A stretch of 32,000 nt of DNA. Origin: Candidatus Iainarchaeum sp. (GTDB lineage: Archaea > Iainarchaeota > Iainarchaeia > Iainarchaeales > CSSED10-239). This document shows, one piece after another, positions 1 to 8,601 of this stretch; the stretch's first letter is position 1, and each line of letters opens with the position of its first letter. The position numbers were made by a program, and so were the translations under genes. The DNA is taken from NCBI GenBank assembly GCA_037441475.1, contig JBBISB010000001.1:306418-338417 (forward strand), written 5' to 3'. Below the pieces are notes generated by a model that ran no database searches, was not told where the DNA came from, and saw only the letters and a program-made list of their open reading frames with translations.

Positions 1-108
1 TTTTGTTTCAAATATTATAAGGCCGGAAAGATTTACTTTATTTTTATCAGATGAATTTTCAATAAAAATTTCTTTTCCAATCATTTCAATATTTTTTAAA
101 TTAACCAT
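1..108 (-). CDS. RNase P protein component 1 (Rpp29/Pop4 family), first 36 codons only; gene runs off the window start
   Basis: Not in the ORF track because it is truncated. Minus-strand ATG at 106-108 gives MVNLKNIEMIGKEIFIENSSDKNKVNLSGLIIFETK. The G..G.i..ETK pattern and the position after L29-SUI1 match the conserved archaeal order L29/SUI1/Rpp29/S17. Overlaps the SUI1 stop by 8 nt. Confidence 0.5.
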   Translation of the reverse strand, partial: MVNLKNIEMIGKEIFIENSSDKNKVNLSGLIIFETK

Positions 109-403
109 CAATCAATTCCCCTTGGTAACCTTTCTCAATCAATAATTGTTTTACTTTATCTTTTTGATTACCTTGGATTTCAACAACTTTATCTTTAACT
201 GTTCCACCACAAGCAAGTTTTTTCTTTAAAAATTTTTCAACATCCTTTGCTTCAGCAACTGTTTCAAATCCAGATACTTTTGTTGCATATTTTTTAAATT
301 TTTTTCTCTCTAAGGTAACTTTAATTTGTTGGGATTCTTTTGAAATCTCGTTTAAATCAAAAATATCTTTTGAAAGATGACTTACAGAACTAATGTCCTT
401 CAT
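101..403 (-). CDS. translation initiation factor aSUI1/aIF1
   Basis: 100 aa. KKYATKVSGFE...KLACGGTVKD..VEIQGNQ is the SUI1 fold signature. Canonical position after L29. Confidence 0.8.
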   Translation of the reverse strand: MKDISSVSHLSKDIFDLNEISKESQQIKVTLERKKFKKYATKVSGFETVAEAKDVEKFLKKKLACGGTVKDKVVEIQGNQKDKVKQLLIEKGYQGELIDG

Positions 404-405
404 AA

Positions 406-633
406 TTAAACATTACTCTCCACTTTTTTTTTAATATCTTTATTAATAATTTCATTCTTCTTTGTAAAATGTCTTGCGATGTCTTTTTTAATTTGTTTTT
501 TCTTTGAAGTATTATTGGATTTTGTTTTTGATGCAAGTAAACCTTTAAAGTTCGCAAGCTCAAGTTTTAATTTACCTATCTTTTCTTCAATTTCAGAAAC
601 ATTATTTAAAGTAACATTTTTCTTTTTAACCAT
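406..633 (-). CDS. rpl29: 50S ribosomal protein L29 (uL29)
   Basis: 75 aa, coiled and basic. L.ELANFKG....K.....IKKDIARHFT pattern. Sits between S3 and SUI1. Confidence 0.8.
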   Translation of the reverse strand: MVKKKNVTLNNVSEIEEKIGKLKLELANFKGLLASKTKSNNTSKKKQIKKDIARHFTKKNEIINKDIKKKVESNV

Positions 634-656
634 ATGAAAATCACATTCATTTAATC

Positions 657-1508
657 TTAAGCGTCAGTAGATTTCTCTACTTTCTCTTTAACTTCTTTTT
701 TAACAGTTGCTTTTTTTGGAGCTGTTTCTTTTACTTTCTTAGTTTCCTTAGAAGGTTTTTCTTTAACAGCGGCTTCTTTAGTAGCAGCTTCTTTAACAAC
801 TACTTTCTTTTCAGACTCAGTTTTTTCAAAAGCTTTCTTTTCAGCATCTTTCTTAACAATTGATTGTCTTTCTACAAGTTCTTCTTCTTGTATTTCCATC
901 TTATATCTCTTAGATAACTCTAAAACATCTATCTTATCAGAAAATACAATATCAGGTTTTACTATTCTTAAAGTTATACCAATAGTTCCAAGACCAGGGA
1001 AGGTAGTTTTTTTTTCAATAGCAACTAATGATTTTTGATCTCCAGCTTTCTTCATATAACCAAAGAAGAATCTAGATTTTCTTTTTCTCTGTCCTTTTCC
1101 AGAGGTATTTCCTTTTGCAATTATTTCAGCACCAATAGCACCAGCTTCTTTAATTTGTTTTAAGGCATTATAAACAACACTTTTCCAAGGAGTACCTTTT
1201 CCAATATTTGAAAAAATATTTTCCATGATTACTTTAGGATCTAAATTTTTATTTGGAATCTCTCCAATCTCAATATGTACCTTTGTAAGATCAAACTTTG
1301 TTTCAAGTTCGTCTGTCAAAGATCTAATATTTGATCCTTTCTTTCCAATTATGAAACCTGGTTTTAAAGCATAAATAACAATTCTGGTATTAAAAACTGA
1401 TTTAATAACATCAACATCTATGTAACCTGCACTTGCAAGTTTCTTTTTTAAGAAATTTGATATTGCTATCTTCTTTAATTTATCTTTAACAAAATAATTT
1501 TCCTTCAT
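657..1508 (-). CDS. rps3: 30S ribosomal protein S3 (uS3) with a long K/E/A-rich C-terminal extension
   Basis: KH domain motif PGFIIGKKGSNIRSLT and the S3 C-domain (GAEIIAKGN...). Synteny L22-S3-L29. Confidence 0.9.
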   Translation of the reverse strand: MKENYFVKDKLKKIAISNFLKKKLASAGYIDVDVIKSVFNTRIVIYALKPGFIIGKKGSNIRSLTDELETKFDLTKVHIEIGEIPNKNLDPKVIMENIFSNIGKGTPWKSVVYNALKQIKEAGAIGAEIIAKGNTSGKGQRKRKSRFFFGYMKKAGDQKSLVAIEKKTTFPGLGTIGITLRIVKPDIVFSDKIDVLELSKRYKMEIQEEELVERQSIVKKDAEKKAFEKTESEKKVVVKEAATKEAAVKEKPSKETKKVKETAPKKATVKKEVKEKVEKSTDA

Positions 1509-1511
1509 ACA

Positions 1512-1982
1512 TTATTCCTCTAGAACAATTACTTCAATGTTAGTTGATTTTGATTCTCTTTGCTTACCACCAGTTCTTCCAAGTGGCTGAGTTTTTCTTC
1601 TTGTAACTCCTTTAACAGCAAACATATGTATTATCTTTAACTTATCAACATCGAGGTTTAAATTTTCTGCATTTGCTTTAACATCAAGTAAAAGAGCTCT
1701 AATAGCCTTTGATGCATTTAATGGCCATCTTCCTGAAGGAACTCCCCATTTTGCTACACCTTTTCTGTGAGCAACTTTTTTATTGTATTGTCTTAAAGGA
1801 AGATGATCTTTCTTTTCCATAATATCTTCGCAGATTCTAATTGCTTTAGATAATGGTTTATTTTTAAAGTAATTTGAAAATTCAACAGCATACTTTGTAG
1901 ATATTGGAGTGTTTTGTTTACTTGCTTTTGCAATTTTCTTTTCATTAACTTTTTTTTGAAAATTATATATTTTATCTGCCAT
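1512..1982 (-). CDS. rpl22: 50S ribosomal protein L22 (uL22)
   Basis: 156 aa. HRKGVAKWGVPSGRWP and the archaeal L22 pattern. Synteny S19-L22-S3. Confidence 0.9.
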   Translation of the reverse strand: MADKIYNFQKKVNEKKIAKASKQNTPISTKYAVEFSNYFKNKPLSKAIRICEDIMEKKDHLPLRQYNKKVAHRKGVAKWGVPSGRWPLNASKAIRALLLDVKANAENLNLDVDKLKIIHMFAVKGVTRRKTQPLGRTGGKQRESKSTNIEVIVLEE

Positions 1983-1994
1983 AAATATTCAACC

Positions 1995-2384
1995 TTACTT
2001 TCTTTCACTTATTGCAGTACTTGATTTTGTAGCACCAATACCGGCTTTACCGTGTCTTAATCTTTTTCTTGTAAGTGCAAATTCACCTAAGTAATGACCA
2101 AGCATCTCTTCCATAACAACAACAGGAACAAATTCCTTACCATTATAAACATTAACTGTCTTACCTACCATTTTAGGGGTTACAATTAAGTCTCTTCTAT
2201 GTGTTCTTATGTTTTTAGCTATATCTTTGTTTTTTTCAAACTTTTGATAAAAAACATCACTTTCATTTCTAAGTAAATTTCTTCTTGCTCTTGAAGAGAC
2301 GTATGCTGAAAAGTCTCTTAAAGACATTTTTTGAAGATCTTCAAGGTTTTTACCCTTATATTTAAAACCGTAATATTCATCCAT
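1995..2384 (-). CDS. rps19: 30S ribosomal protein S19 (uS19)
   Basis: MVGKTVNVYNGKEFVPV...GHYLGEFALTRK..RHG is the S19 signature. Confidence 0.9.
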   Translation of the reverse strand: MDEYYGFKYKGKNLEDLQKMSLRDFSAYVSSRARRNLLRNESDVFYQKFEKNKDIAKNIRTHRRDLIVTPKMVGKTVNVYNGKEFVPVVVMEEMLGHYLGEFALTRKRLRHGKAGIGATKSSTAISERK

Positions 2385-2397
2385 TTAAAATCAACCT

Positions 2398-3111
2398 TTA
2401 CTTTTTCTTTCTTCCTGTTCTCTTAGAAGCAATAGCACCAACTTTTCTTCCTGATGGAGCGTGTCTTGATGTAGACTTGGAGTGACCAACGTGGTGTTGA
2501 AGTCCACCGAAAGGGTGATCAACAGCGTTCATCGCAACACCTCTAAGTGTTGGATAAGGTCTACTTTTAGCTTTCATTGCATGATACTTGTTACCAGCTT
2601 TAACAAATGGCTTGTTTGGTCTACCTGAACCGGCAACAACACCAATTGTAGCTCTAACATTTAAAAGAAATTCTTTAATCTTACCAGATGGTAATTTAAC
2701 AATAGCAACATCTTCTTTTTTACTCATTAAAACAGCAGTTTGACCAGTAGCTCTTACAAACTTACCGCCATCACCGAAGTTTTTCTCAATATTAAAAATA
2801 TTTGAACCAGGTATTAAATCATTTAAGAATAAAACATTACCTGCTTTAATCTCAGCACCTTTTCCAAAAACAACTCTATCCCCTGTCTTTATACCTTCAG
2901 GAGCAACAAGATAGTCTACAGAACCATTTTCAAATAATACTTCAGCAACTGGAGCTGTTCTTATAGGATCTGAAAATAATTTTACTACTTGTCCTTTTAA
3001 TGTCTGTGTATTGTCAAAGTAATTATATCTTAAAGTAACTTTTGCATTATTAGTAGCAGCATACTTTGGAGTTCCTTTACCCCTTCTTTGAAGTCTAAGT
3101 CTTTTACCCAT
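2398..3111 (-). CDS. rpl2: 50S ribosomal protein L2 (uL2)
   Basis: 237 aa. GVAMNAVDHPFGG...GRK motif and MGKRLRLQRRGKG N-terminus. Confidence 0.95.
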   Translation of the reverse strand: MGKRLRLQRRGKGTPKYAATNNAKVTLRYNYFDNTQTLKGQVVKLFSDPIRTAPVAEVLFENGSVDYLVAPEGIKTGDRVVFGKGAEIKAGNVLFLNDLIPGSNIFNIEKNFGDGGKFVRATGQTAVLMSKKEDVAIVKLPSGKIKEFLLNVRATIGVVAGSGRPNKPFVKAGNKYHAMKAKSRPYPTLRGVAMNAVDHPFGGLQHHVGHSKSTSRHAPSGRKVGAIASKRTGRKKK

Positions 3112-3133
3112 AAATAAAAACCTTTATTTAATT

Positions 3134-3406
3134 TTATAATATTCCTAATTTATTTGCAACATCTTGAGCATTGAATGCTTTATTAAGAGTTACAAATGCT
3201 TTTTTTCTACTTTTTCTATCAACTAAAGTATTTATTGTTTTAACTTTAACGTTATATAATTTTTCAACAGCTTCTTTTATTTGTTTTTTATTTGCTTTCT
3301 TATTAACAATAAAAGTTAATCTGTTCTGTGTTGATATTAAATCAACTGCTTTTTCTGTTATTACAGGATATTCAACAACATCGTAGTATTCTAAAGTTTT
3401 AGTCAT
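3134..3406 (-). CDS. rpl23: 50S ribosomal protein L23 (uL23)
   Basis: 90 aa. LTFIVNKKANKKQIKEAVEKLYNVKV..INT is the L23 pattern. Synteny L4-L23-L2. Confidence 0.85.
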   Translation of the reverse strand: MTKTLEYYDVVEYPVITEKAVDLISTQNRLTFIVNKKANKKQIKEAVEKLYNVKVKTINTLVDRKSRKKAFVTLNKAFNAQDVANKLGIL

Positions 3407-3407
3407 C

Positions 3408-4223
3408 TTACATCACCTTTGAAAATCTCTCCTGTAATTTCATAACTGCGCTTTCAGAAAAAATTGTAAGTCTTCCAGCATGTGTTCCAGGTGCAAGTTC
3501 CTTGATTGAAAGTTCTGATGCGTTAATAACATCAACACCTTCTAAGTTTTTAAAAGTTTTATAGTTTTTAGAATCTCCTAAAACAAATAAAACACTTTTT
3601 CTTCTCTTGTATCTTCTTCCTCTCATTTTACCTTTACCTGCTCTGTATGACTTATTGTCTTTTGCTTTTTCAACATTGTCAGCAAGACCTAATGATTCAA
3701 GTAAGTCGTAAACTTCTTTTGTTTTTTCTAAATTTTCAATAGAGTTTTCAAAGATTATTGGAAGAGATATTTTGTCAGGAAGGATATGCCCTCTTGTTTG
3801 TATAATTCCAGGATGTGCAGTTGCTGAGATTGCACTTAAAATAGCTTTTGTTCTTTCTTTATTGTTTATTTTCTTAATTAATATTTTTGTAACCTTTGGA
3901 GGATGTGCTTTTGGTCCACCAACAGCTTGAGAAATACCAGCAACTCTACCAGCCATCAAGATTCTTCTGTTTTTAAGTCTTGGAAGTCTTGCATTACCAG
4001 TGTTAATGGAGTTGTCCATAGTGTTTTTCTTTCTAACACCTCTGTATTCAGCAGTATTTAATCTATTTGAATAAGGAGTAGGAGCTTTTGGTTGGTACTC
4101 ATTACTTTGACTTGAGATTACAGCCTTCTTTATAAGGTCTGGTCTATAGCTTTGTCTAAAGTAATCAGGAACTTCAATTTCCTTTATAGATTTTCCTAAA
4201 ATATTGTAAACGTTTGTTTTCAT
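3408..4223 (-). CDS. rpl4: 50S ribosomal protein L4 (uL4)
   Basis: Archaeal L4/L1e pattern (RAGKGKMRGRRYK, GPKAHPPK). The ORF-track start at 4232 is TTG. I prefer the ATG at 4221-4223 (MKTNVYN...), 11 nt after the L3 stop. Confidence 0.9.
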   Translation of the reverse strand: MKTNVYNILGKSIKEIEVPDYFRQSYRPDLIKKAVISSQSNEYQPKAPTPYSNRLNTAEYRGVRKKNTMDNSINTGNARLPRLKNRRILMAGRVAGISQAVGGPKAHPPKVTKILIKKINNKERTKAILSAISATAHPGIIQTRGHILPDKISLPIIFENSIENLEKTKEVYDLLESLGLADNVEKAKDNKSYRAGKGKMRGRRYKRRKSVLFVLGDSKNYKTFKNLEGVDVINASELSIKELAPGTHAGRLTIFSESAVMKLQERFSKVM

Positions 4224-4234
4224 AACAATCAAAA

Positions 4235-5221
4235 TTATTTAGTTATTATATTCACATCTGTAAGTGTTACTTTGCTTCTTGGTTTTCTTGTTGACTTTCT
4301 AAGAACAACAATTCTTTTTGAAACACCAGGAACATTTCCTGCAATTATTATGTATTGGTTTTTAATAACACCGTATTTTTTAAAACCAGCAGAAGGGTTG
4401 ATCTTTGAAGGATCTGTGCCTATCATTAAAAGTTTTTTAACATACGCTGTTCTATTATGGAAACCATGTTGACCAGATCTAGGAACAGTGTGCATTACTG
4501 TTGCAGGATGCCATGGACCAATAGAACCTACATGTCTTTGTATTTGTTGAGCTTTTGGTCTTTGAATCTTTATACCAAATCTTTTAACAGGACCAGTATA
4601 TCCGTGACCTTTAGATATAGATTTAACATCTAAGTCAGTGTCAATATCAAATACTTCAGAAATAGGCAATGTTTTATTAAATTTTTCTTTAAAATAAGTT
4701 ATTTTATCAGCAAACTTCCCTGATAATGGAATTTCAACAATTACTGGTTTTTTCTGACCAATTGTGGTCATTTTAGTATCAACATAACATAAAAGAACAA
4801 CATCATCAGCATTTTCAGTTTGTTTTAAAAAATCATCAATTTCTTTCTTCTTAGTTGATTTTTTACCAGTTATTCTTTTGGAAATAACATTATTAAACTG
4901 TAAAATTTCAGAAACAGCATTTTTACCTGTTATTGGTTTTTTATTTTTATAAAGTCTTGCACCTGCAACCTTAAGTTCAGGGGTCTCAACAACTGTTACC
5001 GGAACTACAACTTCATGCCCATAAGAAGATGTGTTTTTATGTGCATTTTTTGCAGTTGCTTGCATCATACCAACCTTAATACCGTAGTATGCTACAGGTT
5101 TACAAACTGTTAAATCTTTTTCTAGACTATTATAAGAATTAAATTTAGGAATTATGGATCTAGCTCTTACTCTAGGGTAAAAACCCATTGATCCTGCTCT
5201 TGGTTTATATTTCTTTGGCAT
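4235..5221 (-). CDS. rpl3: 50S ribosomal protein L3 (uL3)
   Basis: 328 aa. PRAGSMGFYPR..A N-terminus and FGIKIQRPKAQQ..HVGSIGPWHP are typical of archaeal L3. First gene of the cluster. Confidence 0.9.
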   Translation of the reverse strand: MPKKYKPRAGSMGFYPRVRARSIIPKFNSYNSLEKDLTVCKPVAYYGIKVGMMQATAKNAHKNTSSYGHEVVVPVTVVETPELKVAGARLYKNKKPITGKNAVSEILQFNNVISKRITGKKSTKKKEIDDFLKQTENADDVVLLCYVDTKMTTIGQKKPVIVEIPLSGKFADKITYFKEKFNKTLPISEVFDIDTDLDVKSISKGHGYTGPVKRFGIKIQRPKAQQIQRHVGSIGPWHPATVMHTVPRSGQHGFHNRTAYVKKLLMIGTDPSKINPSAGFKKYGVIKNQYIIIAGNVPGVSKRIVVLRKSTRKPRSKVTLTDVNIITK

Positions 5222-5461
5222 ATAGATTACACATTAATATTTTTTACGTTAAAATACAACATATGATTTTCTAAATAATGTTTTTAGAACCTTAAAAACA
5301 TCCATATCAGCTTTTGCATTTATATGTTAACCAAATCTTTAAAAAAATGGTTAATAACTGTTTATGTTAACACACAGTCTACAAAGCTTATTTAATCTCG
5401 CTTATATAATACTCTTAGCACAAAAACATTTATAAAGGGTTTGGTTATTCCCTCTACAAAA

Positions 5462-8400
5462 TTAATTTTTTGCCTCATCAAGTTGTTTTAAAGTTATTTG
5501 CTTGGAAGTCTCCTTTTCTAAAACAAAGATTGTTTCTGGCTTTGTTTCTTCCAAAACAGGTAAAGTCTCTTTCTTAACTCTTAAAAAATCTTTTCTTGTT
5601 TCTGCTTTCTTTTTTTTATAACCATAAAATAAAAAATAATAGATTAGCAGTATTAATAATATTATTATAATACCTAATAAAATACCCTCGGTATTTGTTA
5701 AAGAAAAAAAACCTGATAAAAAGCTAGGTTCTTGTTTAACATTTCTTAGGTCAAGCTCTCCTTGGTAGGCTAAAGAAGAGTTATCAGTATCTATTATCTT
5801 ATACTTAAGTAAAGGGGATTCTTTGTAAGTAATTGAATAACTTTTAACAACCTTAGAGTTAGGTTCAACAACAATAGTTCTATCTCCCTCTAAAGAAAAA
5901 TTATTTTCATCTTCAAAAGAAAGATAAAGGTTTCTTTGTTTATTTAAATTGTTTTCAAACTCAAAGCTTAAAAGAACCTTGTTGTTTTTAAGATCTATTG
6001 CTTCAAGAGAGGTATTAACAGTTAAACCTTCCTTTGTAATTGTTCTATCTATGGAGAAAGGCTCTCTTAAGATAAGCTTGCTTGAAGAATAAACTTCTAT
6101 ATATCCATTATACTTTATATGTTCAGCATTACTTGGAACAATAACACCGAAGTTAATGTTCTTTGAAGAGCTTGGATTAATTATTATTGATTTCTTATGT
6201 TGAGAGAAAGTAAAGATATCCTTACTTAAAAACTCATCAGTTGTAACAAAAGTAAAATTGTTTGGAAAGCCTGCAAACTTAACTTCTACCTCTTGGTTTC
6301 TTGAAGAGTTGTTTTTTAAAGTAAAAGAGCTTAATAATCTTTCCTCAATTGAAGAGATATTAGAAGTGTATGTTATAAAAGAGACATCCCCCTCTATATT
6401 CTGAGAGTAAGGGTAAAGGTTTGTAAAATATGATACTGGTGAACATCCATAAATATCAACAGTGTATAATACTAGTTTTGGGTTTTTAATATTTTTAAGA
6501 GAAACTCTCTTTGAAATATCTGCATATGCAGAAAAGTTAATTAATGGATCTTCAATAACAGCTCCTGTTGCTGATAACTTTATAACCCCTGATTTGTTTG
6601 TAAGGTTTTTAAAAGTAAAATCAACAAAGTCTGAATCTAAAGAAACATACTTAACATTTGGGTAAGTAAAATTAAAGTTACAAGCACTCTCTGAGAAGTT
6701 ATACCCTTCTGAAGAGAAATATCCTGAGTTTGTTTGCATGTAATCACAAGACTTTCCGTTTGAAAATTGACCTTTTAAAAGAAGCTTGAAAGAACCTATG
6801 CCATTTGCACCAACTGAAATTGTTTTTTGTGAGTTTTTAGGAATAACAAATGCCTTTACAGGAACATTTACTTTTGTATTTTGATTGTTTTGAGAAATAA
6901 CATCGTTTACTGAAAAGTCAACAGCAGTGTTATTGTAAACTGTAATGAAGTTGTTTCCTTCTTTAAAAGAAGAATCTTTAACACCTACATTATAACACAT
7001 GTCATCTTCCTTTGTAATAGCTATATTAAACTCAGACTTAATATCTGAATAGTTACAGGAAGCACCATTTTCAAAGTATCCTTGAACAGAGATGTTTGCT
7101 TTTGAAGAGGAGTTTGAAGTAATGTTACTTGTTATTAAATCAAAGTTAAGGGAATTAAAACTAAGTGGATAAACATTATAGTCAATTGCTTTTGAAATAA
7201 TATTTGCATTTGAAGTGTTGTCTTGATAGTTAACACCTGTGATTACAAACTTCTTATTTGAGTTATTTAAGATATAGAAACCACTATCTTTTGAATAACT
7301 GGTAGTTGTCCCTTCTTTTTGGGTTATGTTTCTTGTAAATATTGAAACATCCTTACATTCGTTTGTTGTCTGAGAATAGGAGGTTGGAGAAACTCTTACA
7401 GAGATATTTTGGTTTATCTTACATCTTCTATCCTCTCTATTATCTCTCTTTAAACCTTCAATCTCTAAGGTTAGATTTTCTGTTTTATAAATAGAGGTTG
7501 AGTCTGCTCTTAAGTTTAGATTTAAAGTTTTAAAAGAATCTTCATATATCCTATAAAGATTGTTTCTTATGTTAGGAGTAACAATTGAGTTGGATGGTTT
7601 TTTAATTTTAATATCATTAATTTCAAAGTAATAATCTAAGGATCTATTTTCTATCTTAATATCTACATTTTTATTTTCGTTTGAAGAAAGTGTTAAATAA
7701 TTATCCATTATTCTTATGTCGTTACATGAAGCATTGTTCTCAAGTAAAGAATTGTTTATTCTGTATCTTACATTGTATGTCTTAGAGCAAGTTAAGTTAT
7801 CATACTTGCCTATAATTTCTACATCAAAGTAACCAGTATAGTTTGAAGAAACAGTGTCTGCAAAAAGCTTAACTTCTGCACTTCTTGTCTGGTATCCTGA
7901 AATGGTGTAAGGGTAGGAGATGTTTTGAATATCTAAGTTAGTTGGGTTTTGTGGATTTATAGAAACTGAGGTAATGGTTAATGGTTTGTTAATAGAATTA
8001 ATTATATATATATTATAGTAATCTCTTTTATCCTCTTCTAAATAAATATCTGAAAAACCAGATATTGAAAAGTCATCACATGAAACTACGTTTGAAGGAG
8101 GATTTTGTGGAGGGGTGGTGTTATTTCCTGAAGAGCCTAAAGCATAGATATAGGTGTTTGTTGAGGTATAATATTGCCCATCTAAAGATTGAAGATCTAA
8201 AACTACTTCATAGACTTGATAAGCTGGATCGAAATAGAACATTGGGTTATAGGCGTAAGTGTATACACCGTACGGTTGCATTAAAAAAGATTGAGTTTGG
8301 ATATTATGAACAAAAACTCTTTGTCCAGAAAGATTAATTCCATATACTTTAGGGGAAACTACAATGTTTACTGGAGAAGATATTCCTGAACCATAAATAC

Positions 8401-8566
8401 CATATCTTAAGTCTATGGTGTCATAATAGCTTGCATATTGATAAGGTAGATAGTTAGGGTAAGAGGTTGTTCTTACCTCTGCATAATCAAAACCAATTGT
8501 GTAAGAGAACACAACTGATGAAAATAATATTACTGAAAATATTAGCATTAAATATTTGTAATTCAT
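5462..8566 (-). CDS. large secreted, C-terminally membrane-anchored surface protein (S-layer/adhesin-like), predicted heavily N-glycosylated
   Basis: 1034 aa. N-terminal signal peptide (MNYKYLMLIFSVILFSSVVFS). About 30 N-x-S/T sequons by hand count. Ten Cys arranged as five bracketing pairs. One C-proximal TM helix followed by KKKK and a 47-aa charged tail. Confidence 0.8.
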   Translation of the reverse strand: MNYKYLMLIFSVILFSSVVFSYTIGFDYAEVRTTSYPNYLPYQYASYYDTIDLRYGIYGSGISSPVNIVVSPKVYGINLSGQRVFVHNIQTQSFLMQPYGVYTYAYNPMFYFDPAYQVYEVVLDLQSLDGQYYTSTNTYIYALGSSGNNTTPPQNPPSNVVSCDDFSISGFSDIYLEEDKRDYYNIYIINSINKPLTITSVSINPQNPTNLDIQNISYPYTISGYQTRSAEVKLFADTVSSNYTGYFDVEIIGKYDNLTCSKTYNVRYRINNSLLENNASCNDIRIMDNYLTLSSNENKNVDIKIENRSLDYYFEINDIKIKKPSNSIVTPNIRNNLYRIYEDSFKTLNLNLRADSTSIYKTENLTLEIEGLKRDNREDRRCKINQNISVRVSPTSYSQTTNECKDVSIFTRNITQKEGTTTSYSKDSGFYILNNSNKKFVITGVNYQDNTSNANIISKAIDYNVYPLSFNSLNFDLITSNITSNSSSKANISVQGYFENGASCNYSDIKSEFNIAITKEDDMCYNVGVKDSSFKEGNNFITVYNNTAVDFSVNDVISQNNQNTKVNVPVKAFVIPKNSQKTISVGANGIGSFKLLLKGQFSNGKSCDYMQTNSGYFSSEGYNFSESACNFNFTYPNVKYVSLDSDFVDFTFKNLTNKSGVIKLSATGAVIEDPLINFSAYADISKRVSLKNIKNPKLVLYTVDIYGCSPVSYFTNLYPYSQNIEGDVSFITYTSNISSIEERLLSSFTLKNNSSRNQEVEVKFAGFPNNFTFVTTDEFLSKDIFTFSQHKKSIIINPSSSKNINFGVIVPSNAEHIKYNGYIEVYSSSKLILREPFSIDRTITKEGLTVNTSLEAIDLKNNKVLLSFEFENNLNKQRNLYLSFEDENNFSLEGDRTIVVEPNSKVVKSYSITYKESPLLKYKIIDTDNSSLAYQGELDLRNVKQEPSFLSGFFSLTNTEGILLGIIIILLILLIYYFLFYGYKKKKAETRKDFLRVKKETLPVLEETKPETIFVLEKETSKQITLKQLDEAKN

Positions 8567-8601
8567 AATAAAAGCCTCAATTAATTTTTAATGTAAAAAA
8601 A

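Noticed and set aside
1793-2008. 71-aa minus-strand ORF overlapping L22 and S19 in another frame
   Set aside because: It lies entirely within or overlapping two strongly supported r-protein genes. It is a low-complexity K/L-rich shadow ORF.
3171-3386. Plus-strand 71-aa ORF antisense to L23
   Set aside because: It is antisense to a confidently identified r-protein gene. The hydrophobic F/L-rich translation is typical of the reverse complement of K/E-rich coding sequence.
4272-4472. Plus-strand 66-aa ORF antisense to L3
   Set aside because: Shadow ORF inside rpl3 with no independent signals.
5327-5354. Inverted repeat TTAACCA-14 nt-TGGTTAA between the surface-protein gene and rpl3, considered as a terminator or operator
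   Set aside because: It is a short AT-rich stem with a large loop. Such matches are expected by chance in AT-rich spacers.
5606-5728. Calling the surface protein C-terminal region a canonical PGF-CTERM/PEF-CTERM archaeosortase signal
   Set aside because: The motif reads SGFF/EPSF rather than PGF/PEF. The element is followed by a 47-aa tail, whereas canonical signals are at the extreme C-terminus. It is reported only as a hypothesis.
6462-8337. Plus-strand ORFs 6462..6665 and 8065..8337 antisense to the 1034-aa surface protein gene
   Set aside because: Both are short and have no SD or promoter context. The minus-strand frame is uninterrupted for 3.1 kb, with signal peptide, repeats and anchor.
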